A DNA stretch of 64,000 bases from an uncultured virus (IMG/VR IMGVR_UViG_2531839459_000011) (taxonomy: Duplodnaviria > Heunggongvirae > Uroviricota > Caudoviricetes). Location of the stretch: the IMG/VR virus record IMGVR_UViG_2531839459_000011; one strand, given 5' to 3'. The translations under genes were made by a program, and so were the position numbers. Positions 38,680-47,308 of the stretch are shown here, one piece after another. Position 1 is the stretch's first letter, and each line of letters opens with the position of its first letter. Under the pieces are notes generated by a model. It saw only the letters and a program-made list of their open reading frames with translations, was not told the origin of the DNA and did no database searches.

Positions 38680-38954
38680 AAACGTTCTTATCAATCATGG
38701 TTCTTATTTGTATTTCAACTTTTCTGGGTTTGGTTATAGCAGCTTTGGTTGCCAAGACTCATCAACCCAAAAACAAACGAACAACCTTTCGTTTTCCATT
38801 GGCCTTCATGGACAGCACTTTTTACTTCATTTGCACATTGACCCTTCTTGATTTGTGTGGGCGTAAGCAATTTTGGTGGGGGTATTTAATCGTAATTTTA
38901 CTAATCCTGTTTCTAAATTTTTATTGTTATGACAAGTGGGAGCGCAGCCAATGA
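38676..38954 (+). CDS. Small membrane protein
   Basis: Hydrophobic segments; ATGA overlap with dnaB. Confidence 0.6.
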   Translation: MKTFLSIMVLICISTFLGLVIAALVAKTHQPKNKRTTFRFPLAFMDSTFYFICTLTLLDLCGRKQFWWGYLIVILLILFLNFYCYDKWERSQ

Positions 38955-39295
38955 AACCAGAACAGTTTATTCGTGAGCAAGGATTGGATAAGGCGCGAGA
39001 GGTTGTTGAAGGCATCCCAAGTAAATATATGGAGTGCTACTACTCAACATTGTGTTACTGCACCAAAGCAAAAAAGTATTCAGATCGTTTTAATCCGAGA
39101 ATTGAGCTTGTGAACATGGATGACCTCAAGCGTCTTATGGAGTCAGTTGCTTTGGTGATTGAGCACTACACAGTTGAAAGAGCCAAGATATATGCAAATT
39201 CACCTTACACCGCACCTGAAGTGAAGCAAGCATTAGAAAGAGCAATTGTTGATTACGAATCAATATATGGAGGCGGTGAATCTCATGCCAACTAG
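38951..39295 (+). CDS. Phage hypothetical protein (nin region)
   Basis: Coupled ORF; MKPEQFIREQG start. Confidence 0.65.
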   Translation: MKPEQFIREQGLDKAREVVEGIPSKYMECYYSTLCYCTKAKKYSDRFNPRIELVNMDDLKRLMESVALVIEHYTVERAKIYANSPYTAPEVKQALERAIVDYESIYGGGESHAN

Positions 39296-39707
39296 ATATA
39301 ACACAGGCGAGTATAGCTACGATCTTGAATATCACTATGGAGATATGTCAGCAAGCATGGAGATGCTTAGAGCACGTTTAATTGAATTGTTGACTCCTCA
39401 TCTGTCTGACCGTTATGTGAAATGGAGAGAAGCATATTTCACATGGTTTACAAAGTGCGGCGGGGATTCGGGGTGGATGTTTTGTGTAGGTCCACACGAA
39501 TTTCATATTGATGGGGCGTTAAGGCGCTATTACTCAGGTTCTATTGATATTACCTACAACCAGAAAGATCGATATTTCTTGGTGGGTGAGAAAAAGAAAG
39601 TCAAATGTAAGGCTTGTAAGGGGTTTGGCTTCATTCGAGATGATGGGTGGGGGCATATAGATAAATGTGAAACGTGTGATGCAGAAAAAGGAGCCAGCCA
39701 TGAGTGA
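39285..39707 (+). CDS. Phage protein with C-terminal CxxCxGxG zinc motif
   Basis: CKACKGFG...CETCD. Confidence 0.65.
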   Translation: MPTRYNTGEYSYDLEYHYGDMSASMEMLRARLIELLTPHLSDRYVKWREAYFTWFTKCGGDSGWMFCVGPHEFHIDGALRRYYSGSIDITYNQKDRYFLVGEKKKVKCKACKGFGFIRDDGWGHIDKCETCDAEKGASHE

Positions 39708-39984
39708 GTTTAAAGAATACAAAGTTGGTGAAAAGATCGTATATCACAGCTTGCCGCATCAAAGATTGTTTTATGTCAAAGCTGTTTTGGACGACTCAAT
39801 TGTTGTTCGTGAATGCTGGGATGAAGCAGGAGCTAAGTGTTTTAGTGAATTCCCTCCTTATGCAGATATTCGCCACGCCACCCCAGAAGAAATAGCAGCA
39901 GGCCACCGCATTGACAATGATATGGGCGACGACTTCCCCATAGAAAACCACATCAGCCCACTGTGTAAATCAAAGGATGTTTGA
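39700..39984 (+). CDS. Phage hypothetical protein
   Basis: IRHATPEEIAAGHRID motif; AGGAG RBS. Confidence 0.65.
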   Translation: MSEFKEYKVGEKIVYHSLPHQRLFYVKAVLDDSIVVRECWDEAGAKCFSEFPPYADIRHATPEEIAAGHRIDNDMGDDFPIENHISPLCKSKDV

Positions 39985-40366
39985 GATGGATAAACCAATG
40001 ACATTTATTGAGTGGTGTTCTAGTAACGGAAAAATTCCATATTCAGTTGGCATAGAGGAGGCATATGAAGCTGGTCAGCAGTCAATGCAAGCGAAAGTGG
40101 AGGAGCTGCAACGCAGAAATCAGATGCTTAACGACAACATAAAAGAGCAAGGTCAAAAGCTCGTTTATCAAAACGAAGTGATTGAAACACAAGCTGAAAA
40201 ACTGCTTGGTTTAAGAGATGAGAAAGCAGAGCTGCAAAAGCGGGTGGATCAACAAGGACTAATCATTGCAAAAGCTATGTCTATTGCATCAGACCTTCAA
40301 AAGAGCTGGTCAATGTTTGAGATTGGCAAGAAGTTAGAGCAAGCGCTCAAGGGTGGTGAGGCATGA
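39977..40366 (+). CDS. Coiled-coil phage protein
   Basis: Heptad-rich ORF, coupled. Confidence 0.65.
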   Translation: MFEMDKPMTFIEWCSSNGKIPYSVGIEEAYEAGQQSMQAKVEELQRRNQMLNDNIKEQGQKLVYQNEVIETQAEKLLGLRDEKAELQKRVDQQGLIIAKAMSIASDLQKSWSMFEIGKKLEQALKGGEA

Positions 40367-40533
40367 ATGAAAAATGGACCTACAAAGAGATGATGGCCCT
40401 GCGTTGTGCATATAACCATGGTGTAAGAACACCAGAAACACGAGCGGCAGCTTGCCTGTATGTGAAGTTGGGTAGAAATAAATTATTAGATCAATTCAAG
40501 AAAGAAAGTGAAGCAAAAGGTAAGGTGGAATGA
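40363..40533 (+). CDS. 56-aa phage protein (not in ORF track)
   Basis: MNEKWTYKEMMALRCAYNHG...; overlaps neighbours at both ends. Confidence 0.6.
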   Translation: MNEKWTYKEMMALRCAYNHGVRTPETRAAACLYVKLGRNKLLDQFKKESEAKGKVE

Positions 40534-41030
40534 TGAATAATAAACCGCATGTATTACAAGCTTGTAATTGGAAGAAGTACACAATTGAGAATTGGTTAGA
40601 GCAATTTGGGGCATGGATTAATGAAGATAATGCTGAAACTTATTTGGGTACACGTAACACCTTAACTTACTTGATTGATTCTGTAGAAGGCGTAAAGCGT
40701 GATGCAAGAAAGCGCTCATTGCCACAGTGCAAAATCTCTACTGATGAGGCGAGAGCTGTAAGTGGATTATTGCGTGATTTACGAATGAACCCAAACCCAA
40801 CATTACAAGAATGGCTAGATTTTGTAGTGTTGTATTACGTGCATGGGTTGAGTGAGGAAACTATTGCTGACATTAGCAAATGCTCACGTAACGCCGTGAG
40901 ACAAGATTTAAAGTGTGGTATTGCCTATATTGTTGGGCAACGTAATACATTGCGGAGTAAATTAACCGAAAAACAAGCCAAAGTAAGAAAACCAAAGAAA
41001 ACCCTTGACTTGGCGCCAATAGTTCTTTAA
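40530..41030 (+). CDS. Late antiterminator Q-like protein
   Basis: IENWLEQFGAWI, CKISTDEA, C-terminal HTH; followed by pR'-like promoter. Confidence 0.8.
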   Translation: MMNNKPHVLQACNWKKYTIENWLEQFGAWINEDNAETYLGTRNTLTYLIDSVEGVKRDARKRSLPQCKISTDEARAVSGLLRDLRMNPNPTLQEWLDFVVLYYVHGLSEETIADISKCSRNAVRQDLKCGIAYIVGQRNTLRSKLTEKQAKVRKPKKTLDLAPIVL

Positions 41031-41105
41031 ATTCGTGATAAGTGGTACGAAGTATAAGCAAGTGTCACTGATCTTAAAGAAGCTCGCCAAACGGTGGGCT
41101 TTTTG
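41005..41105 (+). promoter_or_regulatory. pR'-like late promoter and first terminator
   Basis: TTGACT-17 bp-TAAATT (41005-41033), then hairpin AAGCTCGCC/GGTGGGCTT plus T tract. Confidence 0.65.
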
Positions 41106-41202
41106 CTTTTATGCCCTACGAGCTTAGAACATTGGATTCCGATGTGCTGGACTGGATTTCTAGTCGATGCTTAAACGTAGGGCTATTTTTTTGGAGGTTC
41201 AC

Positions 41203-41310
41203 ATGCTCCGAATCATCAGGCAGGTATTCTGTTTTCATGTTTGGGAGTGTGAATCCGACATGTTCAATCAGAAAGAATGCAGAAAGTGTGGAAAGATTAA
41301 AGTAATTTAA
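41203..41310 (+). CDS. 35-aa zinc-ribbon peptide (not in ORF track)
   Basis: GGAGG RBS; FCFHVW...ECRKCGK. Confidence 0.6.
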   Translation: MLRIIRQVFCFHVWECESDMFNQKECRKCGKIKVI

Positions 41311-41409
41311 TTTACTATTGAGAATACAATGACTTATATTAAATCAAGTCGTTGCATTTCCAATTAACATGCCGCATTATTAATCAAATTACTTTATTAA
41401 TGGTGTGGT

Positions 41410-41685
41410 ATGAAACTAGTTCGTTTAGAAACAATTAGACTTAATGATGGTTCATTTGAATTGCAATTTAATGAGGATGGATTTACGCCATTTTATCCAA
41501 ATACTATCAATGACGATGGTGTTGATGTTGCATCAGGTAAGGTTAATGTAGATTCTATTTACTATCATCATTTAGATAGAGATGACACGAGATATTTAAT
41601 TTATTTAAAAGGCTACCATGGCAGAGTAGATGGCACAGAAATCCCAAGTCTTGAAAAAGCATTAGATGCTCATCTGCAAAGTTGA
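41410..41685 (+). CDS. Hypothetical protein (moron)
   Basis: AT-rich upstream region; terminator after. Confidence 0.65.
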   Translation: MKLVRLETIRLNDGSFELQFNEDGFTPFYPNTINDDGVDVASGKVNVDSIYYHHLDRDDTRYLIYLKGYHGRVDGTEIPSLEKALDAHLQS

Positions 41686-41737
41686 AAATTAAACTGAATT
41701 TATTTACAGCCCTGCATTTGCGGGGCTTTTATTTTTT

Positions 41738-41814
41738 ACGCCATTCGTCTAATTGGATAAGACATCATAATTCTAGTGTGATTGATGCGGGTTCGAGTCC
41801 TGCATGGCGTGCCA
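41738..41814 (+). tRNA. tRNA-Arg (anticodon TCT)
   Basis: ACGCCAT/ATGGCGT acceptor, GTCT/AGAC D arm, TCATA-ATTCTAG-TGTGA anticodon arm, GCGGG-TTCGAGT-CCTGC T arm, G-CCA end. Confidence 0.9.
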
Positions 41815-41918
41815 TTTAATTTAGAGAAGTGTGCTGCATAGATATAGCCTCTTGCCAAAGTGGATATCAAAGCTAAGGAGTAGCTCACTTCGTCTAAGTC
41901 AAATGGATTGGGGTGAAC

Positions 41919-42089
41919 ATGGATACAAACGAAGCCAAAAAGAATCTTGATAAATATTCGGAAGAGTTAAGCCGTTACCAGAACTTATCTCGTACTGGAT
42001 TGAGTCTCGAAGAAATGCTTGTTATAGACCGCATCATAATGCGATTGAAAAACAAGATTAATAATTTACGGTCCATGTTGAATGCGTGA
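41919..42089 (+). CDS. 56-aa phage protein (not in ORF track)
   Basis: [20 protein letters not shown]...; GGGGTG RBS. Confidence 0.6.
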   Translation: MDTNEAKKNLDKYSEELSRYQNLSRTGLSLEEMLVIDRIIMRLKNKINNLRSMLNA

Positions 42090-42357
42090 CTCCAAACGAT
42101 TAGCCGAAGTACGCAAGCTGCCATGCATGAGATGTGGTGCACCAGCACCAAGCCAAGCCGCGCATTCTAATTCTAGTAAAGACGGTAAGGGCAGATCCAT
42201 TAAGGCTTGCGACTCTAAAACTGTTTCTATGTGTTTTTCCTGCCATCATTTATTTGATACCTACCAACTAGGGAGCAGACAGGAAAGCGAGGAGCTATTT
42301 AATAAATGGCTTAAGCGAACCAACGCAATGCTTGAGTCAGAACAAGATTTATTTTGA
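42082..42357 (+). CDS. DUF968/YbcO-like HNH-type zinc protein
   Basis: [10 protein letters not shown]...AAH...CFSCHHLFD. Confidence 0.8.
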   Translation: MRDSKRLAEVRKLPCMRCGAPAPSQAAHSNSSKDGKGRSIKACDSKTVSMCFSCHHLFDTYQLGSRQESEELFNKWLKRTNAMLESEQDLF

Positions 42358-42394
42358 TATGATTTAACCAACGTAATTGGTGTAAGGATTTACA

Positions 42395-42613
42395 ATGGTT
42401 AAGCATGTTGATTATGAGGCTGTATATGACGGTGAGAATTTTTCTTTCATCAAAGTATTAATGGATGATGGTTCATATGACCCAATAGCTGGAACAAATG
42501 GGCCTTATGGCATCATAACTATTGTTGGATATGAGGTTAGGATTTCGTACCCTGAAAATCTCACACAAGAATTAATAGAGAAAATGGTAAACCAATTTAC
42601 TAGAAAGAATTAA
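42395..42613 (+). CDS. Hypothetical protein
   Basis: AGGA RBS; terminator after. Confidence 0.55.
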   Translation: MVKHVDYEAVYDGENFSFIKVLMDDGSYDPIAGTNGPYGIITIVGYEVRISYPENLTQELIEKMVNQFTRKN

Positions 42614-42688
42614 GCCACCCTCGGGTGGTTTTTAGTTTAATCGGAGCCGAAAGGCTCTTTTTTTGTGCCTAGAAAAAGGAAGCGAGAA

Positions 42689-43087
42689 ATGAAAACCAAC
42701 CAGAAAGGCCAAGCTGATGTGGTATTAGCCGCACTTTGCTTTCTTGCCATTTTAATTGTCATTGTTTTGATTATGTTTGCATGGCCTCACTATAAAGTGT
42801 GGAAGCAAGGCATGAATGGTCAAGCACTATTGGCAGAAGCAGAACAGTCAAAAATGATTCAGGTTCAAACGGCGCGAGCTGAACTTGAAAGTGCCAAGTT
42901 GCGTGCAGAAGCGATCAAAACTATTGGTCAAGCTGCAAAAGATTATCCAGAGTACCGCAAACAAGAGTTTATTGGTGCGTTTGGTGATGCTTTACGTGAT
43001 GGCAAGATTCAACAAATTGTATATGTCCCAACTGAGGCAAACATTCCAGTTTTAGAAGCTGGTAAACGTCCCGTTGTGGATGAATAA
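42689..43087 (+). CDS. Conserved phage membrane-anchored coiled-coil protein
   Basis: N-terminal TM; IVYVPTEANIPVLEAG C-terminus. Confidence 0.75.
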   Translation: MKTNQKGQADVVLAALCFLAILIVIVLIMFAWPHYKVWKQGMNGQALLAEAEQSKMIQVQTARAELESAKLRAEAIKTIGQAAKDYPEYRKQEFIGAFGDALRDGKIQQIVYVPTEANIPVLEAGKRPVVDE

Positions 43088-43102
43088 GGTATAGGTGGGA
43101 AT

Positions 43103-43633
43103 ATGGAACCAGCAACATTCCCAATCAATAGTTATTCTGGGATTGTTCAGGTAATTAACTATCTGAACAATAACCACTCCAAAGCAGCCGCAGAAGGCAA
43201 ACCTTTAGTCGTTAGAATCAATCAGAAGGAAGACGACAGGAGCGCCGCACAAAATCGGCTTTACTGGGCTTGGCTTGAACAGATCAGGCAAAAGACCGGT
43301 AATTCAAAGGATGATCTTCATTTACTTTTTAAGAAAAAGTTTCTTGCCCGGATCTATGTTGAGGGTCGGCAAGAGACTGCAGAAAAGTACATGGCTTTGC
43401 AGAACTTTAAAGATGTTATTCAAGCATTCGATGGACCTAAGCGCCGTCAACTTGAAAAGGATTACCAAGTTTTGGTCAATACCTTCATTAAAGACCACCT
43501 GCAAAGCAAGAAGGCCACCATTAAAGAATTCACCAAATATCTGGATAAGATCAACATTTATGCACATAGAGACTTGGGCGTGATGTTGATTATCCCGGAT
43601 GACCTTAAGTGGTGTTATCAAAATGAGCAATGA
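43103..43633 (+). CDS. NinB-like protein
   Basis: DRSAAQNRLYWAWL...LHLLFKKKFL. Confidence 0.75.
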   Translation: MEPATFPINSYSGIVQVINYLNNNHSKAAAEGKPLVVRINQKEDDRSAAQNRLYWAWLEQIRQKTGNSKDDLHLLFKKKFLARIYVEGRQETAEKYMALQNFKDVIQAFDGPKRRQLEKDYQVLVNTFIKDHLQSKKATIKEFTKYLDKINIYAHRDLGVMLIIPDDLKWCYQNEQ

Positions 43634-43805
43634 TTCAAATTTGCAAGACGTGGTGCTTAAGCTGATAGAGCAAAACAATAAGTTGATTGAACAGAATAGC
43701 TTGATCGTCCAAATCAATGCAGAACAATCTGCTCAGTTATCCGAAGTTCTATCAATGCTTGAAGATAGTGAACCAGCACAACGGTCAGGATCACTAGATG
43801 GGTGA
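43623..43805 (+). CDS. Small coiled-coil phage protein
   Basis: LIEQN repeats; ends SLDG. Confidence 0.6.
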   Translation: MSNDSNLQDVVLKLIEQNNKLIEQNSLIVQINAEQSAQLSEVLSMLEDSEPAQRSGSLDG

Positions 43806-44104
43806 AGACAATGAATAGAGGCCAGCCTTTCTTTGTAATTGATGATGATCTTCAAAAGTCGTTTGATAAAACCATTTTGTATTTGCAGGAACAGCATAGA
43901 ACTCCTGAATTGAAGCGCAAAGAACTGGAGCTTGAATTAGTTAAACTGGTTCAAAGTTATCAACGTGACGGTTTGGATATCGATTGGATATCCATTGACT
44001 TACTTAATGGTGTAGATGCGCGAGTAAACTTAAATGAAACTCCAAACATTCAAGAACAAGTTACAGACGCTACAGGCACCCGCACAAACCCAGAAGAACC
44101 CTAA
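43802..44104 (+). CDS. Phage hypothetical protein
   Basis: Coupled ORF overlapping the HNH gene. Confidence 0.5.
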   Translation: MKTMNRGQPFFVIDDDLQKSFDKTILYLQEQHRTPELKRKELELELVKLVQSYQRDGLDIDWISIDLLNGVDARVNLNETPNIQEQVTDATGTRTNPEEP

Positions 44105-44333
44105 ACAAAACAATTGGGGTTCTGGTCGAGGTGGCCGTCCGTGGCGCCGTCTTAAAGCTAAGATCCATTTACGTGATGAGTGGACCTGTCAATGTTGTGG
44201 CATCGTCACTAAAGACTTAGAGCTTGACCATATTGTGAATGTGGCAAGAGGTGGAACGGATGATGAATCAAACCTCCAGTCTCTTTGTGTTCCATGCCAT
44301 AAAAAGAAAACCCAACAGGAGAGCCGGCAATGA
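44034..44333 (+). CDS. Terminase-associated HNH endonuclease (HK97 gp74-like)
   Basis: RDEWTCQCCG...LDHI...GGTDDESNLQSLCVPCHKKKT. Confidence 0.9.
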   Translation: MKLQTFKNKLQTLQAPAQTQKNPKQNNWGSGRGGRPWRRLKAKIHLRDEWTCQCCGIVTKDLELDHIVNVARGGTDDESNLQSLCVPCHKKKTQQESRQ

Positions 44334-44377
44334 ATGATGATGAGTTGGTTCAAAAGTATTTAGAAGAGGATGGCTGA

Positions 44378-44602
44378 ATGACTTCAAAACTAGTTCATGT
44401 GAAAGATGCAGACAAAGGCTCTGACATCTACTTTGATCCACAGGGCCTTGAAGGCGCCGTTTTTAATTGGAATGGACAGAAAGATTACAGCCAATACATT
44501 TATAACGCTATGTTGTATATGCGAAGCGGTAGTTTGATTTGTTGTGTTGTGAATGACGATGGCAAGAAGAAGATTCTTGAACATGTTCAGGAAGCACCAT
44601 AA
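44378..44602 (+). CDS. Phage hypothetical protein
   Basis: GAGGA upstream; 74 aa. Confidence 0.55.
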   Translation: MTSKLVHVKDADKGSDIYFDPQGLEGAVFNWNGQKDYSQYIYNAMLYMRSGSLICCVVNDDGKKKILEHVQEAP

Positions 44603-44614
44603 TGATGCAAAAAA

Positions 44615-44740
44615 TCCAGCAGGCAGGGGGGATGTCAAAACTTCCAAGCCCTTCGCCGTTGGACACCGCCCCCCATCGCACGCACAAAAAAAATTCCCTC
44701 TCAGAAAAAGTTAAAGCAAAAAGTTAAAATCAAGTTAAAG
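44615..44740. other. Putative cos region with terminase-binding repeats
   Basis: GC-rich G6/C6 segment between HNH and terS; AAGTTAAA at 44708, 44721, 44732. Confidence 0.55.
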
Positions 44741-44748
44741 GTAGAGCA

Positions 44749-45231
44749 ATGGCATTAACAGAGAAAATGGAAAAATTTGCTCTTGCCATTGTTGACGGCA
44801 AGACAAATAAAGAAGCAGCAATTTCAGCAGGTTATGCGGAAAAAACTGCATCCGCCGCAGGTGCTAGGTTAGCAAAAGATCCTGAAATTATTGTCTATAT
44901 TGAAATGTTAAAGGCCCAAAAAGAAGGGCGCTCTTTAACATCTAATTCACCAAAAGTTAAACCTAAAGATACACCCGAAAATAGTGGTGAAGATGAAAAC
45001 CCTATTGAGGAATTTCAATTTGAAGGTGATGATCCTTTAGATTTTTTAATTAAGGTCATGAACTTCAATGGCAACAAGCTGCCACTTAGAATGCAAGCAG
45101 CAATTGCAGCATTGCCTTATAAACACGGGAAGGTTGCGGAAAAAGGCAAAAAAGAAACTAAACAAGACAAGGCAAAGGAAGCGACCAGAACAGGAAAATA
45201 CGCCACATTGGACAATCAGTTGCCAAGCTAA
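44749..45231 (+). CDS. Terminase small subunit
   Basis: LTEKMEKFA...AAISAGYAEKTA...ARL HTH; AALPYKH. Confidence 0.9.
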   Translation: MALTEKMEKFALAIVDGKTNKEAAISAGYAEKTASAAGARLAKDPEIIVYIEMLKAQKEGRSLTSNSPKVKPKDTPENSGEDENPIEEFQFEGDDPLDFLIKVMNFNGNKLPLRMQAAIAALPYKHGKVAEKGKKETKQDKAKEATRTGKYATLDNQLPS

Positions 45232-45250
45232 CTATTAAGAGGAACTTTGC

Positions 45251-45442
45251 ATGCAAAGTCTAGAATACGAAACCGTAAGTGGTGAAACTATCACTATTCA
45301 AAATATCAAAGATGGCCCTTGCTGTCATGACTCTATTGAAAAGTTGCCAGCAACAGAAAGGTTGGTGAAGATTACTTATCAATGTCGCAAGTGCTTTTCC
45401 AGATTTTCCGAAGAAGATTATCAATTGATTGTTAATCAATAA
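45251..45442 (+). CDS. Small Cys-rich protein between terS and terL
   Basis: GAGG RBS; PCCH...YQCRKC. Confidence 0.6.
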   Translation: MQSLEYETVSGETITIQNIKDGPCCHDSIEKLPATERLVKITYQCRKCFSRFSEEDYQLIVNQ

Positions 45443-45447
45443 AAGGT

Positions 45448-45573
45448 TTTGTATGGATCCGTAGGCGATACGGTGCGTTGGAGGAAGGAGGACCACAACT
45501 GCCAACGTAATAACCCGCTAGCAGTGGGCGAAACAGCGTAGTTAAAGCAGGGGTTCGCAACCTGTCATACAAA
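45448..45573 (+). ncRNA. Candidate multibranched structured RNA
   Basis: Closing stem TTTGTATG/CATACAAA enclosing four hairpins; terminator 45580-45599. Confidence 0.55.
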
Positions 45574-45613
45574 TTTATTCCGCCTTCGGGCGGTTTTTTC
45601 ATGGACCATTTAA

Positions 45614-47308
45614 ATGACTGCAAAACTACCAGACTGGACTACAGCTTGCCCAGACTGGGCGACCCGTATTGTTTCTAAACAATCGTTAATGCCGTGTAAG
45701 CCATTATTCCCCAAAGTGGCTGACGTAGCGGAGCGTATCTTTAAAGAGTTAATTCTTGTTGATGTGATGGGTAGCCCTAAGATGGGTGATGTCACATTGG
45801 AATGGGTGATCGAGTTTGTTCGTGCAATCTTTGGCGCATATGATCCAAGCACAAAGCGCAGATTAATTCGTGAATTCTTTCTTTTGATTTCGAAGAAGAA
45901 TACTAAATCTACGATTGCCGCCGGCATTATGCTTACTGCATTAATTCTTAATGATCGACAATCTGCCGAACTAATTATTCTTGCGCCTACTAAAGAAGTT
46001 GCTGATAACTCATTTAATCCAATCCGGGATTTCATACGCGCAGATGAAGAATTAAGTGAAAGATTTAATGTATCTGAGCACACAAAAACAGTTACGCATC
46101 TAGGTACCGGAGCAACACTTAAAGTTATTGCAGCAGAATCTAACGCTGCAGCTGGTAAGAAAGCTTCAATCATTTTGATAGATGAGGTCTGGCTATTCGG
46201 GAAACGTGCCAACGCTGAATCAATGTTCCGTGAAGCAAAGGGTGGTTTAGCATCTCGTCCAGAAGGTTGTGTGATTTATCTGTCTACCATGTCGGATGAA
46301 GTGCCATGTGGAGTATTTAAGCAGCTTTTAGATTATGCCAGAGATGTACGTGACGGAATTAAAGTTGATAAAAGTTTTCTACCACTTATTTATGAATTCC
46401 CTAAGCATCTTGTAGAAGCAGGCGAACATTTAAAACCTGAAAATTTCTACATCACAAACCCAAACTTGGGTGCTTCGGTTGATCTTGAATATCTGATTTC
46501 GGAATTTAACAAAGTTAAAGATGCTAGTGAAGAATCTCTTAGAGACTTCTTGGCCAAACACTTAAACATTGAAATCGGCATGAACCTTCGTGCTAACCGG
46601 TGGGCGGGTGCAGAGTATTGGAATGCTCAAGCTAAAGATATCCAAATCGACCAACTAATTGAGCTATCCGATGTCATTACTTTGGGTATTGATGGCGGTG
46701 GTCTCGACGACTTACTTGGCTTCGCTGCTTTAGGTCGTTTAACAGAAGATCCTCGTATCTGGTGGCTATGGAATCATGCATGGGCAAATAAGATTGCTTT
46801 AGAGCGCAGAAAAGAGAATGTGCCTAAGTATGAAGACTTCAAGTCTGAGGGTTCTCTAACTGTTGTTGACCGAATAGGCGATGACATTGACCAACTCGCA
46901 GCAATTGCTAAGAAGGTTTATGACAGTGGAAAGCTTAATAAGATCGGACTAGATCCATTGGGCTTAGGCGGTCTTTTAGATGGCTTACTTGAGGCAGGAA
47001 TTCCAGAGGAAAGCATGTTTGCTGTGCCACAAGGCTACAAACTCATGTCCTACATCCTTACTACTGAGCGCAAATTGGCAGAAGGCAATCTGTACCATGC
47101 TGGACAACAGCTAATGACTTGGGCGGCAGGTAATGCCCGTGTCGTGATGGTCGGCAATGGTATGCGAATAACCAAGCAAGAATCAGGTGTTGGGAAGATT
47201 GACCCATTGATTGCCACATTTAACGCAGTTGCTTTGATGTCAAGCAATCCTGAGCCTGCCAATCGCGTTGATATTGACGAATACTTAGAGGATGTCGTGA
47301 TAGCATGA
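45614..47308 (+). CDS. Terminase large subunit
   Basis: Variant Walker A ISKKNTKST, Walker B ILIDE, nuclease GIDGG..DDL and KIDP. Confidence 0.95.
   Translation: MTAKLPDWTTACPDWATRIVSKQSLMPCKPLFPKVADVAERIFKELILVDVMGSPKMGDVTLEWVIEFVRAIFGAYDPSTKRRLIREFFLLISKKNTKSTIAAGIMLTALILNDRQSAELIILAPTKEVADNSFNPIRDFIRADEELSERFNVSEHTKTVTHLGTGATLKVIAAESNAAAGKKASIILIDEVWLFGKRANAESMFREAKGGLASRPEGCVIYLSTMSDEVPCGVFKQLLDYARDVRDGIKVDKSFLPLIYEFPKHLVEAGEHLKPENFYITNPNLGASVDLEYLISEFNKVKDASEESLRDFLAKHLNIEIGMNLRANRWAGAEYWNAQAKDIQIDQLIELSDVITLGIDGGGLDDLLGFAALGRLTEDPRIWWLWNHAWANKIALERRKENVPKYEDFKSEGSLTVVDRIGDDIDQLAAIAKKVYDSGKLNKIGLDPLGLGGLLDGLLEAGIPEESMFAVPQGYKLMSYILTTERKLAEGNLYHAGQQLMTWAAGNARVVMVGNGMRITKQESGVGKIDPLIATFNAVALMSSNPEPANRVDIDEYLEDVVIA

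Noticed and set aside
41770..41778. Amber suppressor reading (CTA) of the tRNA anticodon loop
   Set aside because: A canonical 5-bp stem and 7-nt loop centre TCT, and Arg identity elements are present
45500..45540. Hammerhead or HDV-like ribozyme suggested by a stem followed by CGAAAC
   Set aside because: No CUGANGA core, and I could not build the HDV double pseudoknot; kept only as an unknown ncRNA
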